Assembly: GCF_006345805.1 (NCBI RefSeq) | Contig: NC_043018.1 | Location: 9,362,001 to 9,426,000, forward strand | Direction: 5' to 3' | Source of the DNA: Octopus sinensis | Taxonomy: Eukaryota | Length of the DNA: 64,000 nucleotides | Shown here: piece by piece, positions 49,020 through 61,112 of the stretch | Numbering within the stretch: the stretch's first letter is position 1 | Layout of the letters: each line of letters opens with the position of its first letter | Position numbers and translations under genes: made by a program | Notes under the pieces: model-generated | What the model saw: only the letters and a program-made list of their open reading frames with translations | Told to the model about the DNA's origin: nothing | Database searches by the model: none

Positions 49020-49620
49020 ACCTTCGAACTTTAGGCCTCACTGAGGAAATGACCAGCAACCGAGACCTTTGGAAATATGCTGTACGTGAGAAGACCAGGC
49101 AGGTCAAGTGAGCCCAGCCCACTTATGCATGCCTTTCCTCCCTTGGACACAAAGACCTGTTGAGGCAAGCGAAGTCGATATAGAACCTCATCCGACGACA
49201 GGCACCCATGCCAACCCCCTTTGCTTGCGAAGACATGTTGGGGCAAGCGAAATCGAAATCGAAATCGAATTGAACCAGCCAGGATCCCTGGTCTGGTGGT
49301 ACGTAAAAAGCACTATCCGACTCGTGGCCGATGCCAGCGCCGCCTCGACTGGCCTCCGTACCGGTGGCACGTAAAATACACCAATCCGACCGTGGCCGTT
49401 GCCAGCCTCGCCTGGCACCTGTGCAGGTGGCACATAAAAAGCACCCACTACACTCACGGAGTGGTTGGCGTTAGGAAGGGCATCCAGCTGTAGAAACATT
49501 GCCAGATAAAACTGGAGCCTGGTGCAGGCTTCTGGCTTCCCAGATCCCCGGTCGAACCATCCAACCCATGCTAGCATGGAGAACGGACGTTAAATGATGA
49601 TGATGATGATGATGATGATA
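49020..49620 (+). mobile_element. Young RTE LINE 3' copy (ORF end + 3' UTR + (GAT)n)
   Basis: Very similar to 53172-53950 in opposite orientation. Confidence 0.9.
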
Positions 49621-50608
49621 TTTTAGAAGACTAAAACGGCGGTGAGCTGGCAGAATCGTTAGCACGCCGAGCAAAATGCATATTCGTATTTCGTCTGCTG
49701 TTACGTTCTGAGTTCAAATTCTGCCGAGGTCGACTTTCATCCTTTCGGGGTCGATTAAATAAGTACCAGTTACGCACTGGGGTCGATATAATCGATTTAA
49801 TCCGTTTGTCTGTCCTTGTTTGTCCCCTCTGTGTTTAGCCCCTTGTGGGTAGTAAAGAAATATATATTTAAGAAGACTTAACTATAAGCAGCCAGAATTG
49901 TTAACATTGCCAGGTGAAATACTTAGCAGTGCTTTGTCTGCTGGGTTCAAATTCCATCAAGGTTATCTTAGCCTTTCATCCTTTTTTGTTTATTGAAATA
50001 AGGGTCAATTGAGCCCTGGGGTCAATGTAATCGACTTAAATACTCCTGGGTATAAGTATAAAAACTGCATCTTTCTGTTAAACCATATCAAGCCAGTGTG
50101 GCAGAGTTGGCTCAACAAACCAGTATGATATCAGGCTCAAATTCACAGCCTCCACATTGGATTTTGGTGGGTGGAGAGAACATGCCGAGGCCTTCATCCT
50201 GCAGTAGACTGAATATAAGCAATCCAATTCAATCCAAGAACACTTATGTGAATTAGTATTGTATACTAGTATACTATTTGTATGCTATAGCTCATGGTTG
50301 ACCAAAGCCTTGTGAATGGGTTTGGTTGAAGGAAACTGAAAGAAACCCATCATTGTGCTTCTCTAAAAATCATTAGCTACAAGTGATGTTATTTCCCCTC
50401 ATCTAAAGACTTGTGAAATAAGACATCTCTTATTCCAGGTAAAACTGGTAAAGGTTTGCAACAGGAAGTTCATTTAACTGTAAAACAAATGTCTCACTAA
50501 TATATTCTTCTCACCCATGCTGGCATGGAAAAATGGACATATAATAATGAATTTTATATAAGCACAACAACTATACTTTCATGAGCGAGTTAACATACCT
50601 CTGTGATA

Positions 50609-51014
50609 TCTATATATATAAAACTCAACTTGTGTGTCTGTGTGTTTAACTTCCCGGCACATCTCCTCCTTGCCAACAAATCGTAGAACCACCAAAAAAT
50701 GGTCACTTAAAGTTTAGGCGAATGAAAATTGAACTGTGCTATTTCTTTTCCGAAATTCATCTCACAAGTGCAAAAATTGATAATGTGTTTGTTTAAGCCT
50801 TATCCCATGCATAGAATAGTGAACTTTACTCAGTCAGCTGTTTGACGTGAACATGATTTTTGACTGCTGTGTCACCATTTTTCGGTGTATTTCAACTGGA
50901 AAAATGTTCACTCGAAGAGAATAATAAGCTACATAATGCAAATTTTTTACTTTTCAAAAATTCCAATTCTAAAGGGTCGAAACAAACCCAAGCAACACTG
51001 GGTGATACTGCTAG
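50609..51014 (+). mobile_element. Non-autonomous Helitron-like element
   Basis: A^TCTATATATATAAAAC start; hairpin ACCC...GGGT + CTAG^T end. Confidence 0.65.
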
Positions 51015-51194
51015 TTTTTTAAATAAAATCATTCTTTCAGAATACATGTGTATTCTATTTATATACAGTTTCAGTTTTATATTTTTATCTATCCATGTAT
51101 GTATATGTATGTGTATACACACACACACATCATTGTTTATCATTGTTTTAATGTTGACTGTTGCATGTTTGCATGGGTCAGAAGGAATTTACTG

Positions 51195-52015
51195 AAATAC
51201 TGATGATCTTGCCCTCATAGTAGATTTGATATCAGAGCTAGAAGAGAAATTCCAGGTGTGGAAAGAAAAGGTGTAGTCAGGAACTCTATACAATGTACCC
51301 AATGTAAGCTATGGATACACAAGGTTTAGGTTTTTCAGAGGTACAGACCCCTAAAAATCCCCTGCGTATTATACTCAAGGGCGGACTATACTCAAGGATT
51401 TACGGTATCTGAAATGCCCTGATGGCTCATTAGAGGTAGTAGATAATTTCTACTACCTAGGGAACCAATTTAGTAGTGGGGAAGGATGCACAGAAAGTGT
51501 GATACCTAGAATAAGAGTAGGATGGAGGAAATTCAGAGAGATGTTACCTCTGTTGATTATGAAAGGTTTCTCTCTCTGTGAGTGAAAGGAAGATTGTATG
51601 ATGCATGTATACAGACAGCAATTCTGCATGGTTGTGAGACATGGGACCTGAATGCAGAGGACATGCAAAGGTTAGAAAGGAATGAGGCTAGTATGCTCTG
51701 CTGGGTGTGTAATGTAAGTGATTGAGTGCTAGTGTATTGAGAGAGAAGTTTGGTATAAGAGGAATGAGTTGCTGTGCGCAAGAGAGAAGACTGCATTGGT
51801 TTGGTCATGTGATGTGGATGGGTGCTGACTGCTCCATAAAGAAGAGCTGGTTTCTCAAAGTAGATGGAACATGTGGAAGTCGGAGACCCAGGAAGACATG
51901 GAATGAAGTGCCGAAGAATGACCTCAGGACACTGAACCTTTCAGGTGAGATACAATGGGCAGAGATGCCCGGTACCTTGCTGTACTCAAGAAACCGTACT
52001 CTGCAACAGAAGTGT
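51195..52015 (+). pseudogene. Older, decayed RTE reverse-transcriptase fragment (same clade as 54 kb), interrupted at about 51320-51410 by a Tc1-like TIR fragment
   Basis: Frameshifted YTDDLALI..ELEEKFQVWK, NSIQCTQCKLWIH, LHGCETW and QERRLHWFGHV motifs. Confidence 0.8.
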
Positions 52016-52710
52016 TAAGACTGGTCACCCTGGTGGTGAGGATTGACCTACAAAAGTCCTACACCAGTGCCATGCAAAAGCACCTGTGGTGTGCCACATA
52101 AAGCACCCATTAGTGCCACGTAAAAGCAATCCGCACACTGTAGAGTGATTGGTGTTAGAAACCATGTCAAATCGGTCTGGAGCCTGACGCAGCTTACCAG
52201 CTCTGGTCAAACTGTCTAACCCACGCCAACATGGACAACGGACGTCAAATGATGATGATGATGATGATGAATTTTCAGTGACCAAATGTCCTTGTCACCA
52301 ATCCTCACCTGTTTCCAAATAAGGATATATTTTGCTTATGACCAAACGTTTCCGTGGAAGATTGGAAATGAATGATGCTGTGTGATGTTGCTTGTTTACA
52401 ACAACCTTGCAATGTGAAGATAAGAAGACACACACACGCATGTGATGGGTTTCTTCAGTTTCTGTCTACTAAATCCACTGTTAAGGCCTTGGTCAGCTCA
52501 GATCTATAGCGGAAGATATTTGTCCAAGTTATATACATACATAGGCGTAGGAGTGGCTGTGTGGTAAGTAGCTTGCTTACCAACCACATGGTTCCGGGTT
52601 CAGTCCCACTGTGTGGCACCTTGGGCAAGTGTCTTCTACTATAGCCTCGGGCTGACCAAAGCCTTGTGAAGTAGATTTGGTAGAAGGAAACTGAAAGAAG
52701 TCCGTCGTAC

Positions 52711-52744
<34 letters not shown>

Positions 52745-52754
<10 letters not shown>

Positions 52755-53106
52755 ATATTTCGGAATGGTCATTATGCCAGTTTAGCCAATAAAAACACAC
52801 GCACTATATATTTGGTGTTACTTTGCTTCAGTGTTATTTATTTTTTACATTAATCTTAATCTTATTTCGGCCAGAGTTCTTTCGTCACACTCCTGTGACC
52901 GCATCAGTGGTCCTTTGTTTTCTTCTTTCTTATTTGTGTCTCTCCTTACTAACCGTCAGCCATTTTGTATTTCTATTGTATGTCTTCATTTGCGCATGCT
53001 TATATCTCTATGTGCGTTTATGTTTATTTAGTGTGTGTATGTGGGGGGATGCCTGTAATATTTGTATCTTCTGTTTATATATGACCATTCCGAAATATAA
53101 CAATAT
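52745..53106 (-). mobile_element. Penelope-like remnant with 26-bp inverted ends and a hammerhead-like fold at 52869-52913
   Basis: ATATTGTTATATTTCGGAATGGTCAT / ATGACCATTCCGAAATATAACAATAT; GGACCA-CUGAUGC-G-GUCAC(AGGAGU)GUGAC-GAAA-GAAC-UC-UGGCC. Confidence 0.6.
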
Positions 53107-53171
53107 CTGTTTCAACACACGACTTCACATAAAAAATCTTGCACAACAAATATTTAAACATATATATATAT

Positions 53172-55017
53172 ATCATCATCATCATCATCATCGTTTAACG
53201 TCCGTTCTCCATGCTAGCATGGGTTGGACGGTTCGACCGGGGATCTGGGAAGCCAGAAGCCTGCACCAGGCTCCAGTCTTATCTGGCAATGTTTCTACAG
53301 CTGGATGCCCTTCCTAACGCCAACCACTCAGTGAGTGTAGTGGGTGCTTTTTATGTGCCACCTGCACAGGTGCCAGGTGAGGCTAGCAACGGCTACGGTC
53401 GGATTGGTGTATTTTAAGTGCCACCGGCACGGAAGCCAGTCGAGGCGGCGCTGGCATCGGCCACGAGTTGGATAGTGCTTTTTACGTACCACCAGACCAG
53501 GGATCCTGGCTGGTTCAATTCGATTTCGATTTTGCTTTCGCTTGCCCCAACATGTCTTCGCAAGCAAAGGGGGTTGGCATGGGTGCCTGTCGTACAGTCG
53601 GATTGGTGTATTTTACGTGCCACCGGCACGGAAGCCAGTGGAGGCGACGCTGGCATCGGCCACGAGTCGGATAGTGCTTTTTACATACCACCAGACCAGG
53701 GATCCTGGCTGGTTCAATTCGATTTCGATTTCGCTTGCCCCAACATGTCTTCGCAAGCAAAGGGGGTTGGCATGGGTGTCTGTCGTCGGATGAGGTTCTA
53801 TATCGACTTCGCTTGCCTCAACAGGTCTTTGTGTCCAAGGGAGGAAAGGCATTCATAAGTGGGCTGGGCTCACTTGTCCTGCCTGGTCTTCTCACGTACA
53901 GCATATTTCCAAAGGTCTCGGTCGCTGGTCATTTCCTCAGTGAGGCCTAAAGTTCGAAGGTCGTGCTTCACCACCTCGTCCCAGGTTTTCCTGGGTCTAC
54001 CTCTTCCACGGGTTCCCTCAACTGCTAGGGATTGGCACTTTCTCACACACCTATCTTCATCCATTCTCACTACATGACCATACCAGTGCAATCGTCTCTC
54101 TTGCACACCACAACTGATGCTTCTTAGGTACAACATTTCTCTCAAGGTACTAACGCTCTGTCGAGTATGTACACTGACATTACACATCCATCGGAGCATA
54201 CTGGCTTCATTCCTCACGAGCTTACGCATGTCCTCAGCAGTCATGGCCCATGTTTCACTGCCATGTAGCATGGCTGTTCGTACACATGCATCATACAGTC
54301 TGCCTTTTACTCTGAGCGAGAGGCCTTTAGTCACCAGCAGAGGTAAGAGCTCCCTAAACTTTGCCCAGGCTATTCTTATTCTAGCAGTTACACTTTCAGC
54401 GCACCCACCCCCACTACTGACTTGGTCACCTAGATAACGGAAGCTATCAACTACTTCTAGTCTTTCCCCCTGGAAAGTGACGGAAGTTGTTTTCTGCAGA
54501 TTTTCGGAGGTTAATGCTTCCGAGCATCTGCCACATACAAAAACTATCTTCCCAGTTAGCCTACCTTTGACATTGCTGCACCTCTTATGTGTCCATAGCT
54601 TACACTGGGTACATCTTATAGAGTTTCTACCTACACCTTTTCTACAGATCGAGCAGGGCCATCTTCCTGAAGACATTTGTGGATTGTCTACCTTCCTACT
54701 TATTAGTACTTTGGTTTTAGCTAGGTTGACTCTAAGGCCCCTCGATTCTAAACCCTCCTTCCACACCTGGAACTTCTCCTCCAGTTCTGATAGTGACTCA
54801 GCAATTAGAGCAAGGTCGTCAGTGTAGAGGAGCTCCCAGGGGCAACCTGTCTTGAATTCCTCCGTAATTGCCTGGAGGACTATGATAAATAGGAGGGGGC
54901 TGAGTACTGAACCCTGGTGGACCCCAACCTCTACTTTGAATTCTTCTGTGTACATGTTGCCAACCCTAACCTTACTTACGGCATCTCTGTACATGGCTTG
55001 CACAGCCCTCACCAGCC

Positions 55018-55018
<1 letters not shown>
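53172..55018 (-). mobile_element. 5'-truncated RTE-clade LINE; uninterrupted C-terminal RT frame (55018-53870) and ~700-bp 3' UTR
   Basis: GVHQGSVLSPLLF, LLYTDD, LRVNLAKTK, FRYLG, LHGSETW, RRLHWYGHV and GRGRPRKTW motifs; (GAT)n tail. Confidence 0.95.
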
Positions 55019-55051
<33 letters not shown>

Positions 55052-55602
55052 GTGTGTAATATGTTTGTAAGTCTGTGTTTGTCCCCCCAACATCGCTTGA
55101 CAACCTATTACATTATTTTTTTGTTTTTATGCCCGGATCAGACCCAGAACATTCACGATGTGAATTTTCCGAGTCCCCCCACTTTCGCGAGTGCGCATTT
55201 TTTTTTGTCATATTCGTTTAGAAAAAGTTGTTTTACACCTATAACAGTATTTTTTTTTTTGTTTTTATGATCGGGTCAAATGCTTTAGTTTGACCTTATA
55301 TTCTTATATATCATCAAACAGTACATTACTGGTCATGGCATACAACTGACCAGACAGAAGAGCACTGTCCGTTTCACCCTGGTTATTGCAATTTGGTAAT
55401 ATTGACGACTCTTCAGACATTCAGGCTGGAAGCACATAACCGTTTTATTTGCAAAAAGTATATATCGCTGCTATTATGCAAAAGTGTCGTAAGTCTAAAA
55501 CGTTGCTTTTCCAGAAAAAGAAAAACTAGAAAAATAGATTCACCATTTCTCTTCTTTTTACATTAGCAACAGTTTCAGCTTAGCAATAATACGTTGTTGG
55601 AA

Positions 55603-55893
55603 AGGTGGCGAACTGGCAGAAACGTTAGTACGCCGGGCGAAATGCATTGTGGTATATCGTCTGCCGTTACGCTCTGAGTTCAAATTCTGCCGAGGTCAAC
55701 TTTGCCTTTCATCCTTTCGGGGTCGATAAATTAAGTACCAGTTACGCACTGGGGTCGATATAATCGACTTAATCCGTTTGTCTGTCCTTGTTTGTCCCCT
55801 CTGTGTTTAGCCCCTTGAAGGTAGCAAAAAAAAAAAAAAGAAATCTTAGCACGCCGGGCGAAATGCATTGTGGTATATCGTACGTCTGTTGCT
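55603..55893 (+). mobile_element. Tail-A SINE with oligo(A), followed by a duplicated partial head into which the L1/Tx1 element is inserted
   Basis: ACGCCGGGCGAAATGCATTGTGGTATATCGT is present twice (about 55630 and 55851). Confidence 0.8.
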
Positions 55894-58028
55894 GAAAATT
55901 TATTGATGGAGTGTGTTCGTGAGTTTCTATTAATTGTTATATCTCTTGTTGTGCCTATTGTTGGACTTATTGTTGAAAAAAATTGTAGTATAGTTTTCTG
56001 TTCGAAAGCTATCTGTGGTTTTCCCCTGTGGGGGGAAACATTAGTTGCCGGCAAGATGGCGAAAAGTTCGTCTTCTTCGTCGGAGGACGAATCGATTGAA
56101 ATAGAAGCCAAGAAAATAAAAAGCTTAATTTTTGACAACGTTTCTGATGTGTCGGAAAGCAAATTTCCAACATTACCAAGAGTTACGAACACAAATAGGA
56201 AGACAGAAAAAGGGACCATCCACAATGAAGAAAAGAAAAGTTTTGCGCCAGCGGCTGGTGGTAGAACACGGCATCTGTCAACTGACATAAAATAATTATT
56301 ATAATATAAAGATATGATAACAGAACGAAATGGAATTGTCAAAGTAGAAATACCAGAAGAAGAATTCAATCATTATTTTTAAGACCTTTTGCTTAAAAGC
56401 ACGTAAAATTGATAAAATAGGTGAACAAAAAATTGAAAAATGTCTAAAACCCATCTGGCAGGACATTACATATCTAGCCAGAGGGAAGAAGCTTGGAACC
56501 ATCGTGGTGAGGTTCAAGAATGCAGAAACGGCACAAAAACACTCTATAAAATCTTTAGAGTCGGAAGACACTATGTTAATCCCAATCTACATGGAAATGA
56601 GAACGTCAAAAGTGAGAATACCTAGAATTTCGCTCGGGGTAAACCCTATGTGCTTGATGGCGACGGCCCTGGCAAACAGGGAAGAAAGTATTAACCTCCT
56701 GCAGGCTACCATCATAGAAAATGCTTATTGGACTGGTCAAACGCTTAACATCATATTACAGGCTGACCCAAAAATTTTAGAACAGGTCCCAGAAATCGTG
56801 GAAGTAGGGAAGGAAGTTCTAAATATTTTTGTTGAGGGTCGTAAGCTCCGATGTTTCCAGTGTGGCCAACTGGGTCACATTAAAAAAATATTGTAAAGAA
56901 GGTGTAGAAGAATCAGACGGCGAGGAGGAAGAAAGAGAGAGAGAGAAACTGAAGGAAAAATAAACAATAAAAGGGAAATGGAAGGATCGAACCAGCAAAA
57001 GCAGAGCGAGCCGAGACCAAAAAAAAAAAAAACCCCAGCCAAGAGAGACAGATCGAGGAAGGCGGAGGGGGAGACGAACAGGGGAATAAATGCTCTCTAT
57101 ACAGTAAAAACGAAGATTTAATGCGGGAAATAAAAGCCCAAAAATCAGCGAATTCGATTAATTGAACTGTCAGAGAAATATAAAAACTAACGAATTTTAC
57201 GATTTGGATGAAAAAAAACGTACAATATGTTGTCAAACACATACTCTTTTACTTGGTTCAGTCATTTGACCGTGGCCATGCTGGAGCACCGCCTTTAGTC
57301 GAGCAAATCGACCCCAGGACTTATTCTTTGTAAGCCCAGTACTTATTCTATCGGTCTCTTTTGCCGAACCGCTAAGTTACGGGGACGTAAACACACCAGC
57401 ATCGGTTGTCAAGCAATGCTAGGGGGACAAACACAGACACACAAACACACATGCATACATATATATACGACGGGATTCTTTCAGTTTCCGTCTACCAAAT
57501 CTACTCACAAGGCTTTGGTCGGCCCAAGGCTATAGTAGAAGACACTTGTCCAAGGTGCCACACAGTGGGAATGAACCCGGAACCATGTGGTTGGTAAGCA
57601 AGCTACTTACCACACAGCCACTCCTGCGCCTATAGAAATTGGGTCTCAACATGGAGACTTGATTTCCACCAATCCATGTTTGAAGGATTTACCATCTCGG
57701 ACCCTAAGTCAAGAAAAGGTGGGGAACCCCTCTCCACAAGATGCCTCGATCTAAAAGGTAAGTCATGTCTATTCACATTGGTTGTATAAGTGTTCGTGGC
57801 CTGATGTCGAGTTGGAAGCAAGGGCGCTTCTTAAATGACACCAGGTCGAGAAATTTGGATGTAATTGTTGCAACGGAAACCCGGTTGAAGGGGCCAAGGG
57901 ATCCGCTCCCCCTCCTGAACGGTTACGAGAAATACGTTTCTCCGAGTCGGGTTGGATGTTGGTCCTACTAAAAAGAAACCGGGTAGCCGAGAAAAAGTTG
58001 TTTTTTTCTGACCCAGAAGGCAGGTTGG

Positions 58029-58448
58029 AGATCTTTTCGGTTTGAACGGCAGTTTTTTAAAATAATTTCCACGTAACTAAACACTTTTAAACTTCATATA
58101 CTGGTAGAATGTGTTTATAAAACATCTTTTTCTCTTGGCTTTATTGAGAAAATTCTATGGTTTGTAAGATATTTGTTGTTTTTTTTCTTCAATTTCTGCA
58201 ATTTCAACCAATCAATGACGTCTATTGAGGTGAAGACATTTTATGCCGTATGAATGTCTCTCGTTTAAGAAACAGATTGGGTTTATTTACATTTGTGAAG
58301 AAAAAAAGACACCCTTCCCCCACCCCTAACCCTAACCCTAAAACAGATTGAACAGCAGTTTTTTCTAGCAGTGTCATATGAAATTGTCACCCATAATTAT
58401 GACACTAGTATCGATCTATTGCATTTCAATCTGTTTTAGGGTTAGGGT
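58029..58448 (+). mobile_element. GGATC-family MITE whose 3' segment is inverted; sits at the APE-RT deletion of the LINE
   Basis: Forward to ..CCCTAAAACAGATTGAA (58351), then the reverse complement of the terminal ~95 bp, joined to the LINE at TTAGGGTGTCCG. Confidence 0.8.
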
Positions 58449-59401
58449 GTCCGCTCTCACCACTTTTGTATGCGATGGCTCTCGAGCCCTTACTGCGAAG
58501 GTTGAGTGGCATCCCGAAAGAACCAGGTCTAGAGGAGTTTGTTAGGGCTTTCGCGGATAATATCACTATCAGTGGGTAAGACTATTGAGGCTTACGAGGG
58601 GGTGGCAGGAGCAAAGATTAACCGGGAAAAGTCGGTCGGCTTGCAGCTCGGCACCCGGGTTGGCAAGTCGATGGCTTCAGACAGCGTTGTTGGGCGCTGG
58701 ACGGAGGGACCGGTTAAGTTGCTGGGAGTTTGGTTTGGACCAGGCCTCCAGATAGAGAAGAACTGGACGGAGGTATTGAGCAGGGTGGCTGCAGTGGTCA
58801 AGACCTGGTCTTGGCGGTGGCTATCCCTGAAAGGGAGGACGGAGGTGGCCAATGTGTTTATCGCATCGGTCATTACCCACCGCCTGACCGTCGTGCCCTG
58901 TCCGGATTCGTGGTTGATCAGGTTGGAGAGACAGCTCTTTCGCTTTTTGTGGAAGGGCAGGTCGCCGCTTCTGAAACGCTCTGCCTGCTGTCAAAAGCCT
59001 TTAAAGGGAGGTTTAGGGATGCCTGGTTAATGATGCGCAGACATGCGTTGAGGTTGAGGCACCTCTGGATTCTCCTGGATAGTGAACGGGTGTGGTCTCC
59101 GCTAGCCAGACAAATGTTCCCCGAGTTCAAAAGTTTTTGCGAACAGGAAGCCTGGTGTTCTCGTAGACCGAGGTTGAGTGAATGGCATAAAAAGTGCCGT
59201 AAGGCCCTCTTGCTATTCCGGCGCTCGGGCAACGCCAGCGGTGGGGGTTCCACATGGATTTTATATAGTGGGTTGGTAGAGTCTGAATGCGACGATGGCC
59301 TGGGGTCGACTCTAGGTCTCGGATTTATTCAACTGGACAGCCTGTTTCACCGTACATTCGGGTTGAGAACGTTGGACAACTTCCGAAAGTCCTTAACCTG
59401 A

Positions 59402-59630
59402 TGAGGTCCTGGAAATAATTGTTAAGTCTTGGATAGACAGTGTATGAAATGGAAGGCCATATGTGTTTCAGTAAGACTCTGCACTATCATACATGGCTCT
59501 AGTAACACAGGAATGGATGGCTGAAAATTTTCACGATGACATAACCCCAAACTTTTGGCCTCCTAATTCCCCAGATCTCAATCCATTGGACTATTACATG
59601 TGGAGCATTGTTGAGAGACAGGTCAATGGA
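59402..59630 (+). pseudogene. Internal DD37D mariner transposase fragment without TIRs, inside the LINE
   Basis: KSWIDSV..Q*DSALS..WPPNSPDLNPLDYYMW; similar to 63596-63822. Confidence 0.85.
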
Positions 59631-60277
59631 TACGGTAAACGTCAGTCGCCGACCTGTCCAAAATTAGGTGGGGACAGGGAAACCGTCCCTTAGTGTCCGG
59701 AGATAACTGAGATGTGGGCTTATGCTGACCACCTGTTGTCCGGCGAAGGAAGAGTACGGCTGTCGACTGAGTCAATTATAAAAATTAACCTACCGGGAGT
59801 TTTAACGGACGAAGGTAAGAATTGTTTTCTCACGGTTGTAGCAATTGCAAAAGAGGCAGAATGGAAGACTAGGATAAAAGGAATTTATAAGACAGGCAAC
59901 TTTATCTCTGGCCGCAATTTACGATCTTTTTTTTCTTTTCATTTGAAAAGGAAGCTGTGGCTGGAGAAGAGATCTCTGTCGGAGTGTACGTTCCAAAAGA
60001 GATGGAAGCATGTTGCACGAGTGTTGTGCGTGCAAGGAACCGTGTGAATAGACGGGGAAAAAAAGGTACCAGCGGTATATTGGGGCTTGTGGAGTCGGAG
60101 CGTGGCCTGATCATCGCTTCATTTGTATCGTTTTTGTACTGTTAATTCCATTCGATTTTTTATATATTGTATTTAAATTTTTAGAGTCACATTATATGTA
60201 GAATTATATCGCTTCACTGACCCCATCAGTTGTTCTGTCCATTTCTGTTTGGCCCCCGGTGGGCAATAAAGGAATTC

Positions 60278-60632
60278 GTATTTCACCCGTCGCTACATTC
60301 TGAGTTCAAGTTCCACTGAGGTTGACTTTGCCTTTCATTCTTTCGGGGTCGATTAAATAAGTACCAGTTACGCACTGGGGTTGATGTAATCGACTTAATC
60401 CGCGTGTCTGTCCTTGTTTGTCCCCTCTATGTTTAGCCCCTTGTGGGTAGTAAAGAAATAGGTATTTCATCCACCTTCACGTTCTGGGTTCAAATTCCGC
60501 TGAGGTCGACTTCGCCTTTCATCCTTTCGGGGTCGATAAATTTAGTACCGGTTGCGTACTGGAGTCGATCTAATCGACTGGCCCCCTCCCCCAAAATTTC
60601 GGGCCTTGTGCCTAGAGTAGAAAAGAATAATA
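60278..60632 (+). mobile_element. Headless tail-A SINE body followed by a headless tail-B SINE body
   Basis: Both bodies start at GTATTTC (60278 and about 60461); junction AAAGAAATAG|GTATTTC. Confidence 0.85.
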
Positions 60633-61112
60633 CTTTGTTGGGTGCATAAAATCCAAACTCCATGCATGTGTGATATTTTCAGTCAGAAATATTTTTGCAA
60701 AACTGTAGTATGTGCGATTTACTAAGCTTTTGATAAATGGTATCTCAAGCAGCTGGAGATACGATACTTTGACTAAAAGAACCGGCTATTGCAAGCAAAA
60801 TTAAATATTGTAAAACAAAAAAAAAAAACAACGCATTTGGCCAAATTTGGACATACGATAGTTTAACATAATAGCAATGATATGGAGATTCTGGCTGGAA
60901 AGACGTTGGCGATGGTGAAACGAAAGGGAGCTAAACAGGGAGGGTAAAAAACATATTTTGTAGGAAGAGAAGAAGAGTTATTTCCCATGGATTGATGTTA
61001 AACTGTTAATTGCGTGTGTGTGTAATTATATGTTGGTTGCTGCTCCAAAAGCGAACGTGACTACGTTGCCAAGACGAATTTCTGCTTTTGAAGGTAGCAT
61101 CTGAATTATTTG

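Larger units (their letters stand above)
55894..60277 (+). mobile_element. L1/Tx1-clade LINE: decayed ORF1 (from ATG 56056, CCHC knuckle) and ORF2 (APE start 57765; most of APE-RT deleted; RT tail and C-terminus present)
   Basis: CFQCGQLGHIKK(Y)C knuckle; IGCISVRGL..K..DVIVATETRL APE start; CPLSPLLYA, FADN, INREKS, LLGVWF, LSLKGR and GGLGMP motifs. Interrupted by a SINE, a MITE and a mariner fragment. Confidence 0.88.

Noticed and set aside
53418-54827. Several 70-146-aa plus-strand ORFs
   Set aside because: Antisense or UTR frames of the RTE element.
55870-56055. N-terminal part of the 141-aa ORF, and the antisense 212-aa ORF at 55731-56369
   Set aside because: SINE and LINE 5' UTR read-through; the real ORF1 start is more likely ATG 56056.
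59394-59425. Apparent hammerhead TTAAC-CTGATGA-GGTCCTG-GAAA-TAATT-GTTAA
   Set aside because: No credible stem II. It is formed by the chance junction between LINE and mariner sequence (the mariner reads ATTGAGGCCCTGGAAACAATTGTTAAG at 63.6 kb).
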